Shown: positions 41,504 through 54,236 of the stretch, piece by piece
How the letters are laid out: every line of letters starts with the position of its first letter
How positions within the stretch are numbered: the first letter of the stretch is position 1
Assembly (NCBI GenBank): GCA_951406725.2
Contig: OX597817.1
Coordinates: 101,432,001-101,496,000 of the forward strand
From: Octopus vulgaris
Taxonomy: Eukaryota
Direction of reading: 5' to 3'
Length of the DNA: 64,000 nt
The notes under the pieces: model-generated
Seen by the model: the letters and a program-made list of their open reading frames with translations, nothing else
What the model was told of the DNA's origin: nothing
Databases searched by the model: none
Made by a program: the position numbers and the translations under genes

Positions 41504-42019
41504 TTAGGAAATAAATTAATATTCCAACCTTACAGGTAAAATTCAGTATAATAATATTAGACCTAATATCGTAATATATAAATATTTTCAATATATATAT
41601 ATATATACACACACACAAATATTGATACTTACATAATGCCATACATAGATATACACACGCAAGCATATGTACGTGCACGAATACATAAACCCCGGCCTCA
41701 TTTCAACGTACCAGTTTTCGCCAAATTTTCTACCAGGCCGTGTATCTCAAATCATCTTGCTGTGGCATTTCTTACATTTAGTGTAGATTTTACAATGATT
41801 CGCCATTGAACGCACTGCTGTAAATGTTAAACACTCACGTCATGATGTGTGTGTACGCATATCTGCAGCCGTGTAAGCATACATACACACACATATAAAT
41901 ATATATGTGTGTGTGTGTGTGACAGTGTATGTAAGCTTGTATGCGTGTCTGTGCGTGTGTCAGTGTGTGTATGTATTTATGTATGCATATATATTGTAAG
42001 AGTTATATATTTATGTATA

Positions 42020-42096
42020 GAGAGAGACAGAGATAGATAGACAGACAGAGAGAGTAACAGACAGACAGACAGACAGACAGACAGATAGATAGATAA

Positions 42097-42182
<86 letters not shown>
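42020..42182. repeat. (GACA)n/(GATA)n microsatellite
   Basis: Direct reading. Confidence 0.9.
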
Positions 42183-42946
42183 GTCAATTAGGTATTGACT
42201 TAATCTCTTTGGCTCACATTGCGAAGCTGACATTATGTATACACATGTATATAAGTATATGTGTATTTTTATTTGAAATATCAGAATCTATATTTCCCGT
42301 AGAGAAGATATTTTTTCTCTTTTAATCATAATCCTTCATGCTTTCTCTACGGTATGTCTTTACTAGCACGTATTTTTTCTTCACTGGTAGCAGTTTATCG
42401 AATACTGACTTCACCTTTCCGGCAAACATTAATTTTGCTTGTGAACTTACTTCTGACGCATTTGAATTCGGAGTTACTCTGTATAGCCTTAAAACTTGTT
42501 GGACCACGACCTCGTCTGTGGCTTCCTTATTAGCTTTCTTTAAAGCTGTATTAAAAGTGTCCACGAACCGTCGGCCCTTCCATTCGATCTAGGGTGCTGT
42601 AGTTTTATGTTCTAACGTAAAAATCTCATAGAAACTTTTAAACTCACAGGATATAAACTGTGATCCATTATCAGAGACAATTATATCCGGTACACCAAAT
42701 CTTGCGAACAGTCCGTGTAAAAAGTTGGTCGTTTACACTGCGCGATCGCAAGCCATTCTGTGTAGCTTTCTGCCACTATTAAGTAATAATATCCATTTAT
42801 CGGGCCTGCAAAATCGATATGCAATCGATATGCAATTCTCTTCTAACCAAGGTTCACAATTTGTAGTAGGTAGATTCGCTGCCAGTGCACATCCTCTGCA
42901 GCCTTTTACCAAGTTTTCAACTTCCTTGCCTATACAGTTCAATATT

Positions 42947-43110
42947 TGAGACATGAGGAATTATGTAAATTATTTACATTTGATGGATATTTGTCCTCAT
43001 CTTGTTTGTTGTTAACTCAACGTTTCGGCTCTCCAGCCTTCATCAGGAATCCTGGGGAAACTTCGAACCTACGTTCTCATTCCTAAGGTATTTTTCCGAT
43101 GTTGTTGTTG

Positions 43111-43191
<81 letters not shown>

Positions 43192-44407
43192 TCACTGTCT
43201 GGAATCGAGCTCGGAATCTTGGGGTTGGTAGCCCGCGCTCGTAACCACTACGCCATATACATAGAATACTTTGAGAATTTGGTTTTAGGATCAGCACCAC
43301 AAAAACCAACCCTATGGCTGCGATATATTGATGACACCTTTATACTCTGGCCCTACCAGGAAGATGTTCAAATACTGTTAGATCCTGTGAACTCCATAAA
43401 ACCATCCATACAGTTCACAATGGAAAAGGAAACGGACAATCAGTAACATTTTGGGCGTATTAATAACACGCACCAAGTATGGATCCCTGACATCCGTATA
43501 CCGCAAGCCAACCTTCACTGGACGATACCTCAACTTCAATTACCACCATCCATGCAGTGTAAAGAGAGGGATTGTTCAGTGCCTAAAACATCGAGCAAAG
43601 AATATAAGTAGCGATCCTGATACGCACCACGAAGAAACGATCAAGTTAAGTAACAATCTATTAAGCAACAACTACCAAAAAACATACTATCCACTTCAAT
43701 TATGAAGAAAAGAGAGGATGAAACCCATAAACTAACCACAGTTTGTCTACCCTATGTGAAAGGCCTCTCCGAAAAGATGCAAAAGATTTGCGTTCATAAG
43801 ACATCAGGACAGTATTCAGGAGTAATACAACACTTCGCAAATATCTCCTTCGAGTAAAACCACCAATAGAAGAGAATATGACCAAAGACTGTGTGTACTC
43901 CATCCCATGCAGCTATGGTAGGTTATACAAAGGCGAAACATGCCACCCCCCTCAAAATAAGAGTAGAGGAACATCGTAAAGCTGTGACACGAGGAGATAT
44001 TGATAAATCGGGTATAGCTGATGATGTATGGAGAAACAGAAACCACCTCCCCCTGTTGGATGAAGTTAAAATAATAGACAGAGAACACCATTGGAAAATA
44101 TGAAAACTAAAAGAGGCAGCATATATGATAGGACATAATAACCTCCTAAGCATACTTAGTGCAGATATGGGGACCGGTATTAAGGAAAGATAGGAAAATA
44201 TTAGATTTATAGGCCCTAAAATTCACTCCATAATTACCCACGGGCATATGGCGTAGTGGTCAATAATAATAATAATAACATCGAAAATGAGAACCCAGGT
44301 TCGAAATTCCCTCAGGACACCTGATGAAGGCTGGCGAGTACATCAGCCGAAACGTTGTGTTAACAACAAGCAAGATGAGGACAAATATCCTCAAATGTAA
44401 ATAATGT
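42947..44407 (+). mobile_element. Penelope-like element: inverted terminal repeat, RT C-terminus, GIY-YIG, terminal repeat
   Basis: WLRYIDDTF, IQFTMEKE, VYRKPTFTGRYLNF, CVYSIPC...YKGET...RVEEH. 42947-43258 is the reverse complement of the 3' repeat at 44241-44407. Confidence 0.88.
44316..44361 (+). ncRNA. Minimal type I hammerhead ribozyme motif in the PLE terminal repeat
   Basis: Stem I GACAC/GUGUU; core CUGAUGA; extra A; stem II GGCUGG/UCAGCC; GAAA; palindromic AACGUU in place of stem III; predicted GUU cleavage triplet. Confidence 0.65.
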
Positions 44408-45728
44408 TCCATGTCTATGCTTGGTTAGAATACGAAACTTCGCATCAGCGCTTCCATTCTAAAGGTGTCTGGATGTGGGACATCCATACATTCTCTTCTG
44501 TAATGTCTGTGGTATGACCATCCTTTGAGCGTACATTAGTACACCATCACATATAGAGTACACACTCACATCTTGGCAGTTCTTTGCCTCAGACCTTTAT
44601 TTTCTTTTGTCAACCACAGTTTTTTTTTTGTCTCATTAATAAAATTGTCCTTTCTCGCATTTATTTTTATTTCTTCCAAAGTACACGCCCGATATTCCAC
44701 ATCACTTTTTTTCCTTCAGTTCATCGACCTCATACCATCGTTTGACTACTCTGTTTACGCGATTGCAGAAAGCGCGTATGGGTGTATCCCATAAATTAAA
44801 TTTCTCCATACATTCGGTGCCAAATAAATTCATGGATTTTTCCAAAACAAACATTCACATTTTTGCTTCGACCTTTGAACGTTATATTACAAAAGCGTTT
44901 TCCCGTTCATAAGACATCAGGACATTATTCAGGAGTAATACAACACTTCGCAAATATCTCCTTCGAATAAAACCACCAATAGAAGAGAATATGACCAAAG
45001 ACTGCGTGTACTCCATCCCATGCAGCTATGGTAGGTTATACAAAGGCGAAACATGCCACCCCCCTCAAAATAAGAGTAGAGGAACATCGTAAAGCTGTGA
45101 CACGAGGAGATATTGATAAATTGTTTTTCCTCGTCGCTACTATTTTCTTCTCGTAACACCGTACACTATTTTGTTTGAGCTACATAATTTTGGTTTGCTT
45201 ATTTGTTCCGATGTTTTCTCGTTTATGATCGTAATATCACTTCCCATGACTAATTGCATTCTGACACTAGTGTTTTTAATTCTCACATTCACGAATTTTC
45301 TATTTGTTGTAGTCGCAACTTTTTCTGCTGACAAACTATATATTTTTTCTTGTTTGTTCCATTTTCCTGTCATTCTATTTTGCAGTGCGATTTTATGTCC
45401 TGTAAACCCGCAGCGAAACACATTGCATTTTTATAAAACAGCCTTTTTTCAGGTGCATCCTACTACATGCTATACATGGGTCTACATCCCAATATTTTTT
45501 CTGTTATACCTGCAACACTTTGTCTTCCGACTTTTCTGCGCATTTCTTCCATATTTTACGATTTTCATAGGTTTGCGCAATATGATTTTTTTCTTTTGTC
45601 GAGACATTTAATTTTCCACGTGAATTAGTTTAAACTCGCCGTGTAAATATTTTTTTCTTTTCACTCCACGTTAATTTGTTTTTCCTCGTCGCTACTATTG
45701 TAAGGCGGTCTTTTGCCACTGTTGTATC

Positions 45729-46289
45729 TGTAACGAAAATGTGAATATCTTCTCTGGACCTTTTGTGGGTGCGAGAAGCAATCACTATCCGTTGCTTTTA
45801 AATCCAGATTCTACCAGTCAAAGAAACACAAAACGCAGACGTAAAAAATAGATATACTTTATTGTTTTATACCGGTGAGAAATCAGTGGTATATCTGATA
45901 TCCTTGGTTCTGGGCGCGCAAGGCTGAAAGTTAAACGATTGTAATATTTACAATGTTCAGCCGCTAAAAACAGAACGGGTTAAAGATGGCCGCGGAATAT
46001 GAAGACGATGTTGTCTGCAACAATTTGGTAAAAAACCTTCGGCCGACTGCTATCAAAGCTGGACAGAGAGAAATATACGTCTGCTGGTATCAAAGGCCTT
46101 CTGCTGTCTCTGCTGTCTCTGCTGGACGCTGATGGTCAAGGTTTTTGCGTTCCCTTGCCTCTTTTCTAAGGGTCGCTTTTCCTAGCCAATCAGCTAATTC
46201 CACGATAGCAATGTTCCCTCTTGGTGATGAAAACACGCGCGAATCAGAAAGGGCGTTGCGCGCGCGCGCTGTTGTATAGCGTCACTACA
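45729..46289 (-). repeat. 3' LTR (561 bp)
   Basis: TGTAACG...CACTACA. By eye it differs from the other LTR by 3 substitutions and 1 indel. Confidence 0.95.
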
Positions 46290-46300
46290 AAGGCTCCCCC
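46290..46300 (-). other. Polypurine tract
   Basis: Minus strand GGGGGAGcctt immediately before the 3' LTR. Confidence 0.75.
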
Positions 46301-46502
46301 ACAAGTGCGTATGCACGAAGGAAACTTATTGTAGTGACTGCAAAAATCAAGGTGGATACCAGACAACCAAAATAACACACAATATAATACATTAAAACAA
46401 CAAAAAAAAAAAATTCACCTAAAAGGTAAAAAGAGAAAAAATACTCAAAATGAGCAAAGTTCAATGAGTATTGAACTGTCAATGGGAAGACAATTGAAAA
46501 TG

Positions 46503-49500
46503 TCAAATATAAATAGTTTTGGAAAGTTTTTTCGGCCAGTGAACAGTTCTGCCTGACCTCGTAACATAAGGTCTGTTCGAGGCAGGCTGCGACGACGAAG
46601 GTGGTGTTGTCGATGTTGGTGTTGATAATGGTGCATGTGTAAATAGTGGTGTTGTCAAAGGTGCATGTGAAGGTTCAACGATGGTTGTGGCAGTGGGGTC
46701 ATTAAAAGATGTGGACACCTCAAAATATGCCCTTTTAAGACGATCTACGGAGACGGTCTCCGAACGACCGTTAATTTCAAGTTTGAATACCTTCGGCGTG
46801 CGAGAAATCGCACGAAAAGGTCCTTTATAAGGAGAAACAAGAGGTCCTTTGACAGAATCATCACGAATAAAAACATGCGTCCAGGAATTAAGGTCTGATG
46901 GCACACTAGAAGGAGGATTTTGGTGTCGAGGGTCCATAGGAGGAAGGGCAGAAAAGTATCTGCGTAATCGAGCAACATAAGACTCTAAATTAAGAGACTG
47001 TGACTTGTCTGGCACCAACATCGTACCAGGCAATGCCAGTGTGGTACCATACAAGAGCTCGGCAGACGAAAAACCAAGGTCTGCTTTAATCGCAGTCCGA
47101 CATCCAAGCAGGACGATCGGTAGAAATTCAGTCCATGACTGTGGATTCGGCGAGGCACGCAAAGCGGCCTTAAGTTGCCTATGGAAACGCTCCACCATCC
47201 CATTAGAAGCGGGGTGGTAACTTGTGGTGCGTATATGATGCATCCCCAGGATTCGTGATAACTCACGAAACAATGCAGACTCGAATTGTCGACCACGATC
47301 TGTGGTTAAACTGTACGGTACACCATACCTCGAAATCCAATTAGATACGAAAGCCCTCGCAACAGTTTCAGCTGAAATGTCTGCTATAGGAATAGCTTCC
47401 GGCCAGCGTGAAAAGCGATCAATACAAGTTAAAATGTATGAGAACCCGCGACTCACAGGCCATGGTCCAACCAAATCAAGGTGGATATGGCCAAAACGGG
47501 CTTCAGGAGAGGAAAATTGTCCAAGTGGAGCACGAACGTGTCTATGGACTTTAGCACTCTGGCACCTCAAACAAGAGCGTGCCCAAGAGGTAATTGATCG
47601 TCGCATATTGGGCCAGAAGAACCGAGCAGTAACAAGCTTTACTGTGGCAGAGATACCTGGATGTGACAGTGAATGAAGAGCATCAAACACAGAACGTTGA
47701 TGTTTCTCAGGTACTAATGGTCTAGGTGAACCGGTAGAAACGTCACAAAGAATAGAGCCTTCCGCTGTAGGGAGCGGAAGGTAGACAAACTTACAGTTAA
47801 TAAACTTAGGCGAAGTTAAATCCAACTCCTCTAAAGGTGGTTGGTCCTGCGAAATAGCAGTTAAATCAATTGCTGCAGGAGAGGGAAATGGAATTGACAG
47901 GGAGTCTAGAGAGAGCATCTGCCGGGATGTTCTCCGTCCCTGACACATGCCTAATGTCACTTGTAAATTGAGAAATATAGTCCAGGTGACGGAAAGCACG
48001 AGGAGAGAGTTTATCCGTTTTAGAAGATAGTGCAAAAGTAAGGGGCTTGTGATCAGTATAAATCACAAACTCTCGTCCCTCGAGCTGGTGTTGAAAATGC
48101 CGAACTGACAGATAGATCGCTAGTAACTCTCGATCAAAAGTACTATATCTGCGTTCAGCTGGCTTTAGCTGACAAGAAAAGAAAGCTAAAGGTTTAACTT
48201 CACCCTCTACGGTGTGCTGCAAAACAGCGCCAATTGCAGACTCTGATGCGTCCACAGATAAAGTAAGTGGAGCATTAGGAGCCGGATGTGCCAAAATAGG
48301 GACTGAAGCTAGTTCCTTTTTAACCAACTCAAAGGCAGACAGTGCTTCAGCCGAAAGAGTAAGACGGGCGTCCTTTTTAGAATTGCCCTTTAGCATTTGT
48401 GTTAAAGGTAACAACTTGTCCGCACACCGATCTATGAAACGTCTATAGAAATTTACTATGCCTAAAAAATGGCGAAGTTGACGCAAAGAAGAAGGTGGTG
48501 CGATGCGCTGAATAGCATCGACTTTGGATGAGAGTGGTTTGATTCCTCTCGAGTCAATATAATGACCGAGAAAATTAAGAGATGGTTGCCCAAAAACACA
48601 CTTGTCTGGATTAATGCGAACACCATAGTCGCGAAGACGCTGAAAAAGCTGAGACAAGTGCAGGAGATGATTTTCATGCGTATCACTTGCGATTAGAATA
48701 TCATCGACATACGCGAACACAAAATCAAGTCCGCGAACAACTTCATCTATAAACCGTTGGAAAGTACTAGTGGCATTCCTCAAACCAAAACTCATAAATA
48801 AAAATTCGAAACAGCCAAAAGGAGTAGTAATTGCTGTTTTAGGAATATCGTCTGAGTTGACCGGTATTTGATGGTAGGCACGTATGAGGTCAACCTTAGA
48901 AAAAATAGTACAGCCATGTAAATTTGCCGAAAAATCGTTTAAAATCCTTATGGGATATTTGTCCGGAATCGTCACCGAATTTAGACGCCGATAATCTCCC
49001 ACCGGGCGAAAATCTGTATCCCCTTTTCTTACTAAATGAAGGGGAGATGCCCATGGACTGGTGGAGGGGCGTATCAGACCGAGCTGGAGCATATGCTCAA
49101 ACTCAGCCCTAGCAGTTTTAAGTCGATCAGGTGCAAGACGCCTTGGACGTGAAAAAACAGGAGGTCCAGTTGTTGTTATAAAGCGTCGTGTCGAGTGTAA
49201 TGGCTTAGCCACCCTAAAGGTAACATCATATAGCTCTGGAAAAGAAGCTAAAAGAGAGTGAAAAACATCTCCAGATGTACCGACAAAAAATGTCGGGCTA
49301 AGAGCTAAATTGGTAGATTCTCCGGTCGGCGTGGAGAGTGTAGTCGAACTATCGACCAACCTCCGACGTCTAACATCTACCAACAAATCAAATTTATCCA
49401 GAAAATCCGCACCTAAAATAGGATGCGGAATGTCGGCAATGACAAAAACCCATTGAAAGTCTCGACGAAGATTAATATCAAGGCGTAACGAGATCTGACC

Positions 49501-49716
49501 GAATGTGGCTATTGGTGACGAGTCAATAGCGTGCAAGATGACGTTAGATCGTTTTGGCCTGTCGGTTGTGCAACGCAGAGGCCAAATACTGCAACAAGAA
49601 CCAGTGTCCACCATGAAGTTTTTCTTCGACACTAGATCTTTAACAAAGAATGCACGATAACCAGAAAATGTTGTGGAGGAAGTTGACGTGCTCAAATTCT
49701 CCGAATCTAGTTTAAA
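46503..49716 (-). CDS. pol: Gypsy Pol (protease-RT-RNase H-integrase), with one single-base frameshift at ~47880
   Basis: VDTGS, YVDD, VDAS, HSLSH...CLRC, HLDLVG / TDRG / MVERFH (DDE), GPF. ORFs 47866-49695 and 46503-48035. Confidence 0.92.
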
Positions 49717-50418
49717 GACTTATAAGTGCATGGCTGTATGCACCTATGTGCATTCTCTCCATACTTGGAGTGGTACCAACACAGTCCAGACTTAGACTGT
49801 GTTGATATCGAGGATGAACGACTGCGACTCCGCGATTTTGAAGATCGCTTACCATCGCGACACATCGCGTCCATCCTTTTAGTGAGGGTTTCTATTAGTT
49901 TAGAAAGCCCCTCAATTGAGGCCGAAGAAGTTTGTGAACAGGCACAAGCAGACCGTGACGATGGTTGAACGGCAAATTCAACCATCTTATCAGCCATCGT
50001 TGCTATTTGGTCCACTGTATTTGTCTCTAAACCGGTTGCCAAAACGGTCTGTATATAGGCGGGCAACCTCGAAAAAAAAATCTTCCGAAGCATTACCACT
50101 TAACTCCCTCAGTCTTCGTAAAAATTCTGACGGAGTCCTATCTCCTAGTTGCTCATCTGCCATTAATTCGTTGAAACGACTTTCCTCGCTTCGTGTATTT
50201 CTTTTCTCTACCTCTAATTTAACAGACGCATAAGTAGCGCCTGGACTAGGGTCTGTGATAAGGTCTCTTGCTGTAGATGCCAGTTGAGGCGGCATGCAAC
50301 CATAAAGGATTTGCAACTGCTGCTCGGGAGTAATACTTTGTGCACGAAATTGTGCCTCTAACTGTGAAAACCACAGTGTGGCATCACCTGTAAAAGTAGG
50401 TAACGAACCCATAAACAT
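49707..50418 (-). CDS. gag: Gypsy Gag, with a frameshift at ~50070-50085
   Basis: LPTFTGDATLWFSQLEAQF, LGDRTPSEFLRRLREL, RS-rich tract, CWYH..YG..A..C..PC knuckle. Confidence 0.85.
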
Positions 50419-50848
50419 TTTGTAGCCTTTTATTCACTAGATGACTCTGTCAAATGGAAAAAAGAAAACTGACAACGAACCAACGCTGAACAGACGCAAC
50501 AAGGAAAAACAAAGGGAAAAAAGAAAGGAAGAAAGAAAGAAAGAAAGACCAACAATTGAACCAATAAATTTTGAATGTGCAATTTACAAAAAAAAATGTT
50601 TTTTTCTTTTGTTTTTTTGTTTGTACTGTGTGCACAGAGAATAGAAAAAATTCTTTTCTTTTTTTTGTTTTACCAACCTTCGTCGTGTTTTAATCGAGAA
50701 AAAAATTTCTTCTCTTTTTTTTTTCTTCCGTGCGTGAGTGCAGATGAAGAAACAAACTGTTGAAAGTGACTGGAAAACAGGATGGTCGTGTTTCAGACTT
50801 GGCAGAAAAACTGGATTTTTTTCTTTTTGTTGAGTGTTCTCTGGAACT

Positions 50849-50860
50849 TCGGGGTCACCA
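50849..50860 (-). other. Primer binding site complementary to the tRNA-Trp 3' end
   Basis: Minus strand TGGTGACCCCGA, one base after the 5' LTR. Confidence 0.8.
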
Positions 50861-50861
50861 C

Positions 50862-51423
50862 TGTAACGAAAATGTGAATATCTTCTCTGGACCTTTTGGG
50901 GGTGCGAGAAGCAATCACTATCCGTTGCTTTTAAATCCAGATTCTACCAGTCAAAGAAACACAAAACGCAGACGTAAAAAATAGATATACTTTATTGTTT
51001 TATACCGGTGAGAAATCAGTGGTATATCTGATATCCTTGGTTCTGGGCGCGCAAGGCTGAAAGTTAATCGATTGTAATATTTACAATGTTCAGCCGCTAA
51101 AAACAGAACGGGTTAAAGATGGCCGCGGAATATGAAGACGATGTTGTCTGCAACAATTTGGTAAAAAACCTTCGGCCGACTGCTATCAAAGCTGGACAGA
51201 GAGAAATATACGTCTGCTGGTATCAAAGGCCTTCTGCTGTCTTTGCTGTCTCTGCTGGACGCTGATGGTCAAGGTTTTTGCGTTCCCTTGCCTCTTTTCT
51301 AAGGGTCGCTTTTCCTAGCCAATCAGCTAATTCCACGATAGCAATGTTCCCTCTTGGTGATGAAAACACGCGCGAATCAGAAAAGGGCGTTGCGCGCGCG
51401 CGCTGTTGTATAGCGTCACTACA
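50862..51423 (-). repeat. 5' LTR (562 bp)
   Basis: Direct repeat of 45729-46289. Confidence 0.95.
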
Positions 51424-52189
51424 TATCTATCCTTTGATGACGGTTGTCGCCCTGACAGATATTGCTATGTTCCGAAGTCGTCGATAGCGTGGTTCTATCT
51501 GGCACTGTACGACCTCGAGTCATACAGTGTTATTATTCTCAATACGTTGGATCATTATAATGTTCAATCAGTATCACAGTATAATTACTATATCAGCACA
51601 GACACGGCTATTAACACAGTCTACACGTATCTCGACCTTCCGACCTTTCTCTTGTCAACTGGCTACTGGTCTATTTATGATAGCTGGCTACTATCACTTT
51701 TTATCGGGATGGGTGTAGTTTCACTATACAATAAATGTTGTGTTACTTGAAAGAATGCAAATCGTAGAAATTTTGTGTGGCAATGGAGATAATCTTCAAA
51801 TAGCAGCTAATGTATATCTTCAAATATCAGCTAATGTATATAATCAGATGCTCTGTACTTGGTGACGCAGTTACCAGGCAAGGTACAATCCCGTAATATA
51901 ATTTACTCTACTTTCATACATATTTAAAACGACCGTAGGTTGGCATAATCAGTAGATTGCCGGACACAAACTGAGTCTCACATCATAGTATGGGTCAATG
52001 ATTAACGATGAGTTTTGCGCTAAGGAAATGCTAACAGAGCTGCAAACACAGCATGCATCGCAAACATAGATATTAATTTACCAATTCAGAGTAATAAATC
52101 CGCATAAACAAACTTATTAAGCAACAATGGAGTTAAAGAATATTTCAGTAGTCAAAAGATTTGTTCATCGAATAAGATTTGAATGTTAG

Positions 52190-52241
<52 letters not shown>

Positions 52242-52267
52242 GTGTGTGTGTGTGTGTGCGTGCGTGC

Positions 52268-52311
<44 letters not shown>
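52190..52311. repeat. (TG)n microsatellite
   Basis: Direct reading. Confidence 0.95.
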
Positions 52312-52314
<3 letters not shown>

Positions 52315-52606
52315 ATATAGGAAATGTTAGTTTCCCAAGTGGACGTAAGTACAATACTTGAATCGGTAACTGTTCCTTCCGTCTGAGAATATTTTTGCTA
52401 GATTAGTCTAAAGGAAGTAAATGTTTCTTTTAATGTCAGATGACATATATTGCTGAGTATACTATAACGTTCCCAACATTAATAGTTACCAATTATTACA
52501 GACATTATTTTTCAGTATGTGAGCTTTTAAAATAATAAAGTACAATTAGTGTGGAGTAACATCGACATGAAATTCTATAATAGTATGTAATACTTTCAAG
52601 TATTAT

Positions 52607-53012
52607 TAAGGTAGCGAGGGACAGAATCGTTAGCGCACCGGACAAAATGTTTAGCGGCATTTCGTCCGTCTTTACCTTCGGAGTTTAAATTCCGCTGAGG
52701 TCGACTTTGCATTTCATCTTTTCGGACTCGATGAAATATGTATCAGTTGAGTTCTGTGTCAACATAATCAACTAGTCCTATTGCCTCAAAATTGTTGGCC
52801 TTGTGCCTATAATAGAAAATATTATTTTTATTAAAGTGGTGAGCTGGCAGAATCGTTAGCACGCTGGGCAAAATACTTAGCGGCATTTCTTCTGTCTTTA
52901 CGTTCCGTGTTGAAATTCCTCCAAGGTCGACTTTGCTTTTCATCTTTTCGGGCTGGATAGATAAGTACCAGATGTAATCGACTAGCCTCCTCCCACAAAA
53001 TTTCAGGTCTTG
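52607..53012 (+). mobile_element. Two tandem SINE family A copies (52607-52817, 52832-53012)
   Basis: Each reads ...cagaatcgttagc...aaattcc...ggtcgactttgc...; tails ggccttgtgcc and ggtcttgag. Confidence 0.8.
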
Positions 53013-53969
53013 AGTTATTAGCATCATTATTTTTCATATGCAAAATACATGGACGAGTGTTGGCACAATACTTTTTATGCTCTTATATCTTCCCTTACAG
53101 TGTTTCGTGACATTAACGCTGGAACGAAGGGCAGTGAATGACAAAATACGGACAGCGTCAAAGAAAATGCTTGTGGTGCTACGTCCCTCGGAAATCTATA
53201 AAATAATCATATCTAATATACGGCAATCTATGTTAGTGATTCACATTCACCCAAAATATATGTCCTTTACCAATGCTAGGAGCCATTGCTGCTGCTATAA
53301 TAGGGTTGACGTTTTAACACGAAAGAATCTACTCCATTGTATTCATGAGATTATATGCTATCTGCGGGAGATTATAAATTTTATACGTGTGACTGCTGCG
53401 TAATAATTAATTATTTTATAACAACCTATGTCTATAAACCTATATCGATAAAGATTTCTGTTATAGACACAAGTTAAAGTTTCTTTTTTTATCATATTGA
53501 CCCCAGTTGTTGATTGATCTGCTTTTCATCGTTTAGAGGTCGACCTCAAAACAATGAAAAGCAGAGCAAGACAAAACTAAATGTCGCAGGGTATTAGGCC
53601 CTGTCGCTTGTTTTATAAATCCACAATTTTCAATGCTGCACCAAACTAAATTTAGAATAAAAAGTTTTTAAAAAATGAGATTCAAAGAAACTAGTGATGG
53701 TCTGTTTCGCTAAAATCAAGCGGGCCACCACATTACCGATTCGTACCTGTCAATAAGGTATATATAAGAAATCATACACTACTGAACAATTAGTATCGTA
53801 TCGTATTTATAATACTCGAGGGAGGACATAAAACAATGTATTTAAGCATGTTAATTTACTCCAAAGTAAATAGCATTCAGTTTTTAAAAATAAACAGAAA
53901 AAAATAGGTTTAAGTAAAAGAAAAAAGATAAACAACAAAAGAACTTATTTGTAAGTTGTAATAATAATA

Positions 53970-53975
53970 TTTATT
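53970..53975 (-). terminator. Candidate polyadenylation signal of the vWA gene
   Basis: AATAAA on the minus strand ~260 nt after the stop codon, followed by a T/GT-rich tract. Confidence 0.5.
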
Positions 53976-54236
53976 TATAACATCTAAAATGGAATGTTCG
54001 TTTTTGTTATTAAGGAATTGTAGTTCTGTGGCAAGGGTATGCGTGAATGTATGTGTCCTTAGGTATATATTCACAGGTGCTTGGGTAACTAATTTTATCA
54101 TCATTTGCGCAGTATAAACTGCACAGATAATGATGAAAACGCCAAAAAACATAACATAAATGTCTGACTGTCCCGCAGTCAGATGGAAGATGGTCAGCAC
54201 ATGAATAAAAAGAAATAAATTAAACAGAAACCAATC

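Larger units (their letters stand above)
45729..51423 (-). mobile_element. Young full-length Ty3/Gypsy LTR retrotransposon
   Basis: Two TG...CA LTRs; TATC TSD (45725-45728 / 51424-51427); gag then PR-RT-RH-IN order. Confidence 0.97.
42300..51730 (-). mobile_element. Old degraded Ty3/Gypsy element, host of a PLE and a young Gypsy
   Basis: Integrase remnants (VKGCRGC; IVSDNGSQF at ~42655-42680; LRLYRVTP); protease-like LVMGSDITII; PBS-like tagcgacgagg at ~45682-45695. Putative 5' LTR TG...CA at 45699-45728 plus 51428-51730. Confidence 0.65.

Noticed and set aside
46745-50233. Short overlapping and antisense ORFs within the Gypsy element
   Set aside because: Shadow frames of gag/pol with no recognisable motifs; no env-like ORF is seen.
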